Origin: Chiloscyllium plagiosum
Taxonomy: Eukaryota
Direction: 5' to 3'
DNA length: 64,000 bases
NCBI RefSeq assembly: GCF_004010195.1
Contig: NC_057760.1
Span: 3,497,440 to 3,561,439, forward strand
Position 1 is the first letter of the stretch; every line of letters starts with the position of its first letter. The position numbers and the translations under genes were made by a program. This document shows positions 48,070-58,955 of this stretch, in pieces. The notes under the pieces are model-generated. The model did not search any database and was not told where the DNA came from. It saw only the letters and a program-made list of their open reading frames with translations.

Positions 48070-48790
48070 TGACTCTCTAGCCATCACCCTCTGGGTAAAA
48101 AATATTTTCCTCAGATCCCCTCTAAACCTCCTGCCTTTCACTTTAAAATTATGCCCCTTGTTATTGACCCCTCGACTAAGGGGAACAGCTATCCATTCTG
48201 TCCATGCCCCTTATTATCTTATACACCTCAATAAGGTCCCCCTTGAGTCTTTTGTTCCAAAGAAAACAGCCTGAGCTTATCCAGCCTCTCTTCACTGCCG
48301 AAATGGTCTGTCCCAGGCAACATCCTACTCAATCTCTTTTGTACCCTCTCCAGTACAACCACATCCTTCCTACAGTGTGATGACCAGAACTGCACACAGT
48401 ATGTCAGCTGTGGCCTAACCAAAGTTCTGTACAGCTCCAACAATAACTTTCCTGCTCTAATAATCTGTGCCATAACTGATAAAGGCAAGTAGGCAAAAGG
48501 GAGGACTGCAGATGCTGGAAACCAGAGTTCAGATCAGAATGGTGCTGGAAAAGCACAGCAGGTCAGGCAGCATCCGAGGAGTAGATCTTCATCTCTATTC
48601 CTGATGAAGAGTTTTTGCCCAAAATGTCAATTTTCCTGTTCCTTGGAAGCTGCCTGACCTGCTGTGCTTTTCCAGCACCACTCTGATCTAAAATCTGATA
48701 AAGGTAAGTGTCCCGTTTGCCACCTTATCTACTCTAGTAACGTGTCCTGCTGCCTTCAGGGTTCTTTGGACAAGAGCCTCAAGAACTCGG
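48070..48790 (-). mobile_element. CR1 3' fragment containing a palindromic hammerhead-family element (48491-48692)
   Basis: ORF 48228-48488; TSD ctgataaagg(c/t)aagt at 48476-48490 and 48695-48709. Confidence 0.8.
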
Positions 48791-49037
48791 AGCATTCTAG
48801 CGTCTTCATTATTTGTAACTATGTTGAATATTTTGCCGTGTCATTTCAATTCATTGATATTCTGACAGTAATTTGGTTTGCACTCAATTTTCTTTCTACT
48901 TTATTACCAGTTCTTTGGGAGGTCGAAGGCTAGGAAGGGTGCAAATCCATTTTCCTCCTCCTTCCCAACATAATTTAAATAACTACATGCCACGGCTACC
49001 TCAAGTTTCAATTTTTACAAACTTAATTTGATGTAAA

Positions 49038-49241
49038 GATGTGTGGGTTTCCTCCGGGTGCTCCGATTTCCTCTCAGTCCAAAGATGTGCAGGTTAGGTG
49101 AATTGGCCATGCTAAATTGCCCATAGTTATAGGTGTATTAGTCAGAGGGAAATGAATCTGGGTGGGTTACTCTTCGGAGGGTCGGTGTGGACTTGTTGGG
49201 CTGAAGGGCCTATTTCCACACTGTAGAGAATCTAATCTAAT
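49038..49241 (+). mobile_element. HE1-type SINE, 5'-truncated
   Basis: Core and tail. Confidence 0.85.
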
Positions 49242-50039
49242 GTAAAGAATATAGGGAACTCAGGACTGGGAGAGTGGTTTTGAACAAATTCTACCCTATT
49301 AATATTTTATATGACTAATTAAAACTTAATTCCTTGTATTTGATCCATCTGAAATAATTCCTTCAAACTCTGAAACGGTGCCTACCTCACATCTCGTCTC
49401 TCCCCCAGTGCTGATAGACCTTAGTCAGTATATTTGTCAACTCAACTTTGGACTTTTTCACTTTGTCTAAAAATTTAAAATCTGCCTCAGACACATTAAA
49501 ATTGCATCCTGTCCCTTGCAAACAACTGGTCACCATTCTCTCCTTCACACTCCTGGTCCCTACCTTACCCTCAACACAGTTGTGCTCCTCATCCTCCCTT
49601 ACATGCATCCTGCTCCCCACGGGGAATTTGGATCCCACCGACACGTACAATCTTCATTTTCTTCATCAATTTGCTCTGTGGCATCTCACCTTCTTAAGAG
49701 TCATAGAGATGTACAGCACGGCAAGTTCGGTCCAACTTGCCCATGCCGACCAGATATCCCAACCCAATCTAGTCCCACCTGCCAGCTTCTTATTGCATGT
49801 TGCTGCCTCAATATCCACTTCTGATACCAATGAACTTCTCTAGGTCAATACCAGTTAGAAACAGAGACACAAAGACAGTATGTGAGAGAATTTTATCGAG
49901 GTACTAAAAATGAGAGATAATCATGGTCAAAATGTAATATTGAGTGAGATACTAAGAGTCACAAATTGGCTGAACTAGAAATATACAGAAACCCGGGGCT
50001 ATTTGACAGAGCATGTGCAAAATAAAGGCTTTCTACAAC

Positions 50040-50685
50040 AAAGTTGTCACCCAAATTGATAAAATTATTAAGAAGGCATATAATGTGTTGGCTTTCATTA
50101 GCAAGGAAGTGAACTTAAGAGCCACGAGGTTATGCTTCAGCTCTATAGAGCCCTGGTTAGACCACACTTGGAATATTGTATTCAGTTCTGGTCGCCTTAT
50201 TATAGGAAGGACATGGAAACTTTAGAGAGGGTGCAGAGGAGGTTTACCAGGATGCTGCCTGGACTGGAGGGCATGTCTTATGAAGAAAGGTTGAGGGAGC
50301 TAAGGCTTTTCTCAATGGAGCAAAGAAGGGTGAGAGGTGACTTGATAGAGGTGTACAAGATGATGAGAGACATAGATAGAGTGAATAGCCAGAGACTTTT
50401 TCCCCAGGGCAGAAATAGCTATCACAAAGGAGCATTATTTTAAGGTGATTGGAGGACGTTTTAGGGGAGATGTCAGAGGTAGGTTCTTTACAGAGAGTGG
50501 TGGGTGCATGGAATGTACTCCCACAGTGGTAGTAGAATCAAATACATTAAGAACATTAAGTGACTCTTGGATAGGCACATGGAAATTAGTACAATGAAGG
50601 GTATGTAGGTTAGTTTGATCTTAGAGTAGGATAAAAGGTTAGCACAACATCAAGGGCCGAAGGGCCTGTACTGTTTTATGTAACT
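50040..50685 (+). mobile_element. CR1 LINE 3' region
   Basis: ORF 50132-50443 LYRALVRPHLEYCIQFWSP...LERVQRRF. Confidence 0.9.
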
Positions 50686-51074
50686 CCTTTAAATGTACCT
50701 TTGGAGTAGGTGGAAGCCATTTGCCTTAAAAGGTCTTTTCTACTATTCAATCAGAACATGGCTAATTTGCACCTCAATTCCATCTTCCCACACTTGCATC
50801 ATGTCTTTTGCTATCTTTGTCCCCCCCAACAAAAATCTATTAACCCCAGTCCTGAAACTACTAGCTAGTTCCTAGCATTGACAATCTTTTAAGGCACAGA
50901 GTTTCCTATTTCCACAACTCTTCATGTGAAGTAGTATTTTTCCTGATTTCCCTCCTAAATGGCTGAGCCTTGTTCTGAATTACTACCAGAGGAAATAGTT
51001 TATCTGTTTATTATCAGTTTGTTATAACCTTTTGTTAAACGTTGAACAGGGCCATTGTTCCTTTTGTGTCCAGA

Positions 51075-53060
51075 GGTAAGGAAGGTAAGTGATTGCCCCT
51101 GACATCAAGGCTGCATTTGGCTGAGTATGGCTTAAGTGTAGTCTTTGGAAACTGGAATGAATAGGAGTCAGGCAGAATCCCCACTGGTTAGAGTCAAAGG
51201 AAGATGGTTGTGGTTGGTGAGGTCAACCATCTCAGCTCCAGGACATCTCTGCAGGAGTTCTTCAGGGTAGTGTCCTATGCCCAACAATCAGCTGCTTCAT
51301 CAGATGGCCTTCTCTCCATTTCAAGTTAAAGAGTGGGCATGTTAATTGATGATTGCACAATACTCAGCACCATTGTGATTCCTCAGTTACTGAACCAGAC
51401 CATGCAGCAAGATCTGGATAATATCCAATTTAGGGCTGCCAAGTGGCAAGTAACATTTGTACCACACATTTGTGCCAGGCAATGACCATCTCTAACAAGA
51501 CAGAATCTGACCATCACCCTTTGACATATTCAATGATGTTACCATCAAACAATCACTAGCTATAAACATCCCATTGACCAAAAGCTGAATTAGATTAGCC
51601 AAATAAAAATAGTGATTACAAGAGCAGGACAGAGGGGTGGTGTAGTGGTAATGTCATTGGACTAGCTTCCTGAACTCCAAGTTAATGTTCTGAAGATATG
51701 GGTTTGCGTATGCAGTTGCTGGAGGAGTTGTACAGCACAGAAATAGATCCTTTGGCCCAACTCATCCATGCTGACTCCGTTTTCTAAACCGAACTAGTCC
51801 TATTGCCTGTATTCAGCCCATAGCCTTTTATCTTTCATTACATTACATTACAGTGTGGAAACAGGCCCTTCGGCCCAACAAGTCCACACCGACCCGCTGA
51901 AGCGCAACCCACCCATACCCCTACATTTACCCCTTACCTAACACTACGGGCAATTTAGCATGGCCAATTCACCTGACCTGCACATCTTTGGACTGTGGGA
52001 GGAAACCGGAGCTCCCGGAGGAAACCCACGCAGACACGGGGAGAACGTGCAAACTCCACACAGTCAGTCGCCTGAGACTGGAACTGAACCCGGGTCTTCG
52101 GCGCTGTGAGGCAGCAGTGCTAACCACTGTGCCACCGTGCCGTCTATCCGTATAGTAAAATTTGAATCCAATAAGAATCAGGATTAAAAAGCTCGCATAA
52201 TGGTGACCATGTAACTATCGTTAATTGTCACGAAAGGATTCACCAATGTCCTTTAGGAAGGAAAGATACATGTAAGTCAGACCTGGTAAGGTAACTCCAG
52301 ATCCAGATCAATATGCTAATGTCCCCTTGCAGCAATTATGGATAGCTAACAAATAGTATGATTTTTTTTAAACTTGAAAAAAATCCTGCAGTGAGTAACT
52401 CAGCTTCTGACTCCACAAAACCTGTCCACCATCTATAGGGCACCAATCAGGACTGTGATGAAATACTCCACCTGGATGAATGCAGCTCCAAAACATTTAG
52501 GAAGTTTCACACCATCCAAAACAAAGCAGCCCACTTGTTAGGCATCTCAATCTCACCTCCGTTCCTTCCTCCATCACTGACATTCAGTAATAGCAGTGCG
52601 CACTGCAGAAATTCACCAAAAATCCTTTGACAGCATTTTCCAAACCCATGACCACTTCCATCAAAAAAAGACCAGGACAGAAGATACATGGGAACACCAC
52701 CACCACCTGCACGCTCCCCTCCAAGCCACTCACCATGCTGAATTTTACTTATTCATTTGTGGGACATGGGCATCACTGGCTGCCCATCATTTATTGCCCA
52801 TGCCCAGTTGCCCTTGAGCAGGTGAGCTATCTTCCTGAACTGCTATTGTCCACGTGCTATAGGTTGCTGCCATGCCCTTAGGGAGAGAATTGCACGAAAT
52901 TTAACCAAGCGACAGCGAAGGAATGGCAATATATTTCCAAGTCAGAATGACTGGCCAACATTTATTGCCCATCTCTAATTGTTCTTGAGAAGATGGTGCT
53001 GAACCTGCAGTCCACGTGCTGCAAGTAGATCCACAATGCCCTTATGGAGGGAATTCCAGT
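51075..53060 (+). mobile_element. CR1/L2-group LINE with nested SINE, CR1 tail and HE1 (51836-52142, -)
   Basis: RT DNA (gacatcaaggctgcatttg, ggagttcttcagggtagtgtcc) resumes at ~52380 after the insertions. Confidence 0.75.
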
Positions 53061-53807
53061 TCTGAAGAAAGGACACTAGACCTGAAACGGTGACTTTGCT
53101 TTATCTCTGCAGTTGCTGCCAGACCTGTTGGAGTTTCTCCAACAATTTGTTTTTTGGGATTAAGATGGAAGCATGGCAACAGAGGGAGAGAACAGGAGGA
53201 GGGGATGGTGCGATAGCAGGAGGGGGACAGAGGCCAGACAGTAAAGATGGGATGATGAATGAGTTAAGAATAGAGGTGGAGGTGGATGATTACAGGAAGG
53301 GACAGAAGAAGAGTGGAGATGGAAATGATGTAAAGAAGAGACAAACGAAGGAGCACAGAGATAGACTGGGATGCGGCAGAACAGGAAAAGTTTGTGATTT
53401 TAAAGGAGTGATTCATTAAGTTAGATTTGAGAGGGGAGAAGGTTAGTTTTGGAGGGAAAGCAGTTGAGTAGCCTGACAACACTCTCTCTGTATTCTCCAT
53501 TTGGGTGAGGTAGAGGGGGAGACTAGAGTCCACACAACACTGTATCTGACAGGGATAAATTGCCGAGTACCAAAAGCTGTAGTATAATGAGATTCTCGAT
53601 GTTATAATACTTAGTGGATTGTGGATACCAAAACACTTACCTAGATGGTAACTGAAATTTACAATACAAAATATTTACTGTACCTAAAGTTAGAATTATT
53701 GAAATTTGAACTTGGGATTTTCTCTCATCAGTAACTTTTAGTGAAGCCTGTCTTAGATGCACAGATGGGTGGGGACAGTGATAGGTGGGTGGTTTAAAAC
53801 TACTTAC

Positions 53808-53950
53808 CATTGGTGTTTGTGCTCTGTGTTTCATAGTAGTCTCTGCATGTTTCTTAGGATGGGACGACATGAACTCTTGACTTGGACCTTTGCTGTGCTG
53901 ATGAGGAGCGAACACAATGGAGGAAACAGCTGGACAGTTGCAGGAAAACA
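53808..53950 (-). CDS. Predicted exon 2: (V)FSCNCPAVSSIVFAPHQHSKGPSQEFMSSHPKKHAETTMKHRAQTPM
   Basis: Acceptor tctctcttactttgatgccag, donor ATG|GTAAGT; the only open frame gives phases 1->0; unique sequence between repeats. Confidence 0.6.
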
Positions 53951-54669
53951 CTGGCATCAAAGTAAGAGAGATTTGCATTTATACAGTGTCACATCAGAAC
54001 ATAAAGCATAGCTTCAAACCTAAAATCCCTTACAAAGTTTTCATTTGTATCCCCCAATTCTTACATGCCTGATCTTGGTCATTCACAACCCACTGGAGTA
54101 ACCTAAGAGGGCACACTGCAGATGTGAGCTCTGACACTGGGAGTTGGCAGACTAATTGACTTGGGGGTGGGAAGGGAGGGAGAACTGCAGTCAAACCAAT
54201 TTCTACTTATTTATCTGCAAATGTAGGTGGATTGTGACCAGGGGTATAAGTCCTGGCTGATGTGAAGCCATCTATTAGCCATTAGATTGCCAGTCTATTT
54301 ACAGCACCTCGCAACGTAGGGGACCCTATAAGTAAAATATTTTAACTTAGTACGAACTATGGAGAGAGATAGAACTGTAATTCTTTAGGTTGTGCTGGCA
54401 TGTCCCCCCTCCCCACCTCCAGACCGCATTGTAGTCGCTCACTGTGATAAGATGAAGGTACAGACCTGCATGCTTTCACACAGGTCTCCACTCCAGCAGA
54501 GATTGAGGGAGGGAACAAAATCCCTAACAGTAGTGTCTTGAATTTTCAGTAATGACCACATCCTATCAATTCTAATGCATTTTTGTTTATTTCAAATATC
54601 CACAGGATAGATGCCATTAGGTTGTTTTCCCTTTGTGGGAAGAATCTAGGACCTGAGGGCATAATCTCA

Positions 54670-54989
54670 ATCATAGAAACCCAACAGTGTGGAAACAGAC
54701 CATTTAGCCCAACAGGGTCCAAACCAACGCTTAGAGTAAGCCACCTCGACCCATTCCGCTACCCTATTACTCTAGATTTATCCCGACTAATGCACCTACC
54801 CTACACATCCCTGGACACTACGGGCAATTTAGAAGACCAATTCACTTAACCTGCACATCTTTGGACTGTGGGAGGAAACCGTGCAGACATGGGGAGAATG
54901 TGCGAACTCCACATGGACAGTTGCCCAAGGCTGGAATGGAATCCAGGTCCGTTGCACTGTGAGGCAGCAGTGCTAACCACTGAGCCACC
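54670..54989 (-). mobile_element. HE1-type SINE within a CR1 3' fragment
   Basis: Head at 54989, tail at 54670. Confidence 0.85.
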
Positions 54990-56054
54990 AGAGAGATATT
55001 GGAGGAATTTCTTCTTTCAGCAGGTAGTGCATCTATACATGTCTTTACCACAGAAGGCTGTCCGTGCTGGGTTGTTAAGCATACTCAAGGCTGAAACAGA
55101 TAGGTTATTTTTTTTTTTTAAATGTCAGGAAAGGAATAAAAGGGTCACTCAACCTGAAATGTTAACAGATTTCTCTCCACAGATACTGCCAGACCTTAAC
55201 TTTTCCAGCAATTTCTGTTTTTGTTTCAGATTTATAACATCCACAGTTCTTTCAGTTTTTATTAAAGAATCAAAGGTAATAGAGTAAAGCAGTAAAGTGG
55301 ACTTGAGGATCATCAGATCAGCTATGCTCATTAAATGGCTGAACCAACCTATTGAACCAAATGGTCTAACTAAACCAAATTAATCAAACATAATATGCAT
55401 TTAAGGCATCTGTGTTTGCTGTCCCTTGATAATCAATATTTTCCCATATTATGGTCTCAACAGATGGTGACTGGTCTGTAGCTGCCTGCTTTATCACTAC
55501 TGTTTTCTCCCAGTTGGTAATCCTGCAACTGCTCAGCCTAAGTCACACATCCAAAGAGAATTTGAAGATTTTGGCCTTTGCGATTTTCATGTTTGTTTTT
55601 CTAAAATAGAAGCATCTAAACAAACTTTAGATATTTCTTTGTTACCCTATCCGATATTGCCCTTACCTTCAATATCAACATTAACAGCATCCTCTTTCTT
55701 GTGAAGACTTGTATCACATAACTCATCTAATACTTCAGTTTTCTGCTAAAAAGAGATCTCAATCTCTGCCCCTAATTTACCTATCCTCCTTATGGCTCTC
55801 CTTTTTAAGGAAATAAAAACTTCAATGCTGACTTATAGTTTTCCGATTCTTTTTCTATCTCATTCACTTTTTCCCTTTTTTTTTCCCTTTTCAGTTCTTC
55901 TCTGCACCTGTATTCAGCTGGATTTTGTACTGTATTTTGATCCTGACATTTATTATTTATTTTCTTTCTATTTTAAACTCGGTATCTCTGTTAACTTTTG
56001 ATACACTACCTTTTCTCACTCATAGGAATATCATGCTTGTAGTCTTATCACCTT

Positions 56055-56362
56055 GGGCAGCACAGTGGCTAGCATTGCTGCTTCAAGCAAACCCAGGTTC
56101 GATTCCAGCCTTGGGCAAATGTGTAGTTTGCCTTTCCCTGTTTCTGTAGGAGTTCCCTCCCAGTGCTCTGGTTTCCTTCCAGTCCAAAGATGTGCAGGTT
56201 AGGGTGAATTCACTGTGCTAAATTGCCCAGTGTCTAGGGATGTACAGGATTAGCCATGGGAAATGCAGGGTTACAAAGTAGATCGGGGTGGGATCCTCTT
56301 CAGAGGGGCAGTGTGGATTTGGAGGGCCGAATGGCCTGCTTCAACACTAAGGATTCTATGAT
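56055..56362 (+). mobile_element. HE1-type SINE, diverged
   Basis: Head, core and ggattctatg tail. Confidence 0.8.
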
Positions 56363-56785
56363 CTTAAGATCTCCCAGCACTGGATTTATTGTTTTACCTG
56401 AACCTTTTGGATACCACCCCTTTTTAATTGCTTGAATTATCAATCTTACAGTCCAGTATCTTACCTTTCATTGCCCCTACTTTGTAAATCTATATTGTAA
56501 ACCTAAACATATTCTCAAATAAGTAACCCACAGAAAGCAAACCATTCCTCAAAACTAGATCCAGCACTCCCTCCCGCTCTGAGAGCTTGGAAATGGTGTA
56601 CAGATTTCAAGAACTGCAAGTTGTGTCTTTTTACATTAAGTTCCCCCATCAAGTCTATATTTAGATAGCGACCACTGTTTTAGTTTGCTCATAGGTTTCC
56701 TCGCAACACCCACCCCCAAATGTTTGAAGGCAGAGTTCAAGTACTGATATTATATGGGGGGTTCTTCTAAAATGCCAGGACTTAC

Positions 56786-56852
56786 CTGAGAGACAGAAAA
56801 CCAAACAAGTGAAGGTAAGGACAGAGTTAACATCATTTTGGGGTTTTCTCAT
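56786..56852 (-). CDS. Predicted exon 1 of uncharacterised giant secreted repeat protein: MRKPQNDVNSVLTFTCLVFCLS
   Basis: ATG with purine at -3 (aagATGa); consensus donor CAG|GTAAGT, phase 1; hydrophobic stretch continues into exon 2. Confidence 0.6.
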
Positions 56853-56979
56853 CTTCCTCCAGACTACAGTATTCCGGAGAGGTTTTGCCTTTGTGTGTTT
56901 TAGGTTTGGTGAGGGGGTTTCATTCGTGGTCCATGCTTGCTGTTGAGCTGTATCCTGCTCCCAGGCTCACAGCTGATGG

Positions 56980-57240
56980 CCAGTCGGTTGCCCTGGAGAG
57001 GAGTTTGAATGATACTCGTGCGCAATGCGACGCGGGACTTGGAGTTCAGTTGCACCCGGACACGTGGCCCCGAGTGCGACGCTGGACTACAAATCCCAGA
57101 CGGCACCGCGGGGTCGCACCTTGTAGCTCAGCGGCGTTGAAAGCTCATTGATCAGGAGTTCCCTCCCTGTCCATAGGCTGCTTAACCTCGGTAACATTCT
57201 GCTGTTGTACAGGCGCGAGGTGCCACAAGGAGACAAGGTG
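56980..57240. promoter_or_regulatory. Small CpG-rich promoter with ZNF143/THAP11-type motif and E-box
   Basis: Local CpG cluster in CpG-poor DNA; ACTACAAATCCCAGACGGCA at 57086-57105; CACGTG at 57061-57066; lies ~130-400 bp upstream of predicted ATG 56852. Confidence 0.7.
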
Positions 57241-57265
57241 AGGCTTTAGTTTAAACTTTTGGAAC

Positions 57266-57271
57266 TTTATT
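57266..57271 (-). terminator. Polyadenylation signal AATAAA (probable ANP32E distal site)
   Basis: TTTATT on + strand; followed on - strand by a U/GU-rich element (ccttgtctccttgtgg) at the edge of the CpG-rich block. Confidence 0.6.
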
Positions 57272-58767
57272 GTGTGCAACTTTAAATTTATAAAAACCGG
57301 CATTAAGTTTACAGCACAAAACAAACCCAGAGCTGTTCCCAGGAGGCTTTATCAATGGCTAAAATACCCCCCCCCCCCATAATTAGAATACAGGGTAAAA
57401 AGAAAAGCTATGTTTGGAGGGTGTGGAAGAGCAAAACATAGAAGGAAAGAGTTATAAATACAGAACACGTCTGTATGCATTTCTAAAAAGTTTCACAAAA
57501 TGTTGTTCATTAGTTATAATTGAGAAAAAGGAAAAAAAATTATCAGCATGAAAGGGGAACAGTTTAAGTGGGAACATAGCAGGGTGCATGTCCTGGGAAT
57601 ATCCCTAGAAAAAGCAACTTGGGAAACATTCACAGACCACCGCAGTGTAACTGCTCTGGTTCAGATATATGCTGAAGCAAAATGATGCTCCAATTAATTG
57701 TTCCAAATTTAAAAATTCTACCATGGCTTCATCCAAATACAGTATATTCTAAACCCAAAAATAAAAAACTACTATTCCAAATACAACTTAAACACAAAAG
57801 GGGACTTTTTTTAAAAAGCAGACCAAACAGACTATTTACAAATTGTCTTTTTTTTTAAAAAACGGGAGTGTTACAGTTGAAGCACTATCAGAATTTACTT
57901 ATATAGGTGGGAAAAGGAAATGGTTACACAGGCAGAACTATTAACTGGATTGACATGAGAGGAGGTACAGAATAAAAACTGCACTCACCACCAAAAAAGG
58001 GACCACGAAACAACCATTCCAGAGATGAAAATAAAAAGAAAGCACAAGACAGAGGTCACATCCTTCATTTGCTAATTAAGCTAATGCACAAAAGGTAGAG
58101 GGTGTCCAGACTACCCACCTCAGCGCTTCCCCCACTGAGCTCTCCTTCAGGAGAGAACAAAATTCAAGTACCAAATCTTGGGCACACAACACATCAAGAC
58201 CACACAATTCCCTTTGTGGGTTAAAAGCCTCCAATCTGAAACTTATTCGGATTCCTCTTTCCACAAACACTGTCAGATGTGCTGAATATTTTCAGCAGGT
58301 TCTGTTTTTATTTCAGATTTCCAGCATCCACAGTATTTTGCTTTTGCCCCAAGTCACTAACACCTTTTCTTAATCAGATTTAACCCCCAAATTTGTCAAT
58401 CTTGGAAAATAAATTCTGAAAGTGCTTATTCATAGGTATGGCTAAAAACCACAAGATCTACAAATACAAAACCCACCCCTACAAGTGAATAACTGTCTGC
58501 ATCTACAAAAAGAATTCTGAGCAATGGTTTTATAGTTAAAATGCATTTTGCTGATGGGAGTTGAAGGGAGATGACCGCATTCGTGCCAGTATCTACATTA
58601 AAAAAAAACACCCAAATTACACCCAGCTGTACATAACATCTTAACCCATTTGTAAAATCCAGTTCCATTAAAATAATTTAGTTGAATGTTGAGACAGTAT
58701 AAAGATATGTTCTGAGGTCCTTCCCTTATCCTCAAGACAGGTTGAGATGCTCCCAGCTCTTAACATA

Positions 58768-58955
58768 GTTAGAGACAAAAAGTTGCAGATGCTGGAATCC
58801 AAAGTAGACAGGCTGGAGGCTGGAGAACACAGCAGGCCAGGTAGCTTCAGAAGGTGGAGAAGTTGACATCTTGGGTGTAAACCCTTCATGTCTACTTCAC
58901 TAACTCATGATGCCACCTGGCTTGCTGTGTTCTTTCAGCTTCCTGCCTGTCTACC
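58768..58955. mobile_element. Palindromic Penelope-derived element in the ANP32E 3' UTR
   Basis: gtagacaggctggaggctggagaacacagcaggccaggtagc vs gccacctggcttgctgtgttctttcagcttcctgcctgtctac; TSD-like ccca(g/a)ct(c/g)ttaacat on both sides. Confidence 0.7.

Noticed and set aside
51065..51092. Plus-strand micro-exon with two GTAAG donors
   Set aside because: Falls at the start of a decayed LINE RT segment; the signals look like mutated LINE sequence.
56786..56836. Alternative exon-1 frame MMLTLSLPSLVWFSVSQ
   Set aside because: It gives a phase-0 donor whose continuation in exon 2 hits a stop; only the upstream ATG frame splices in frame.
8548..56852. SCPP/SIBLING (MEPE, enamelin) or LRRC37 homologue
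   Set aside because: SCPP introns are phase 0 whereas these are 1, 0, 1. No LRR exons or transmembrane segment found; KIETTCKKIL resembles LRRC37 only weakly.
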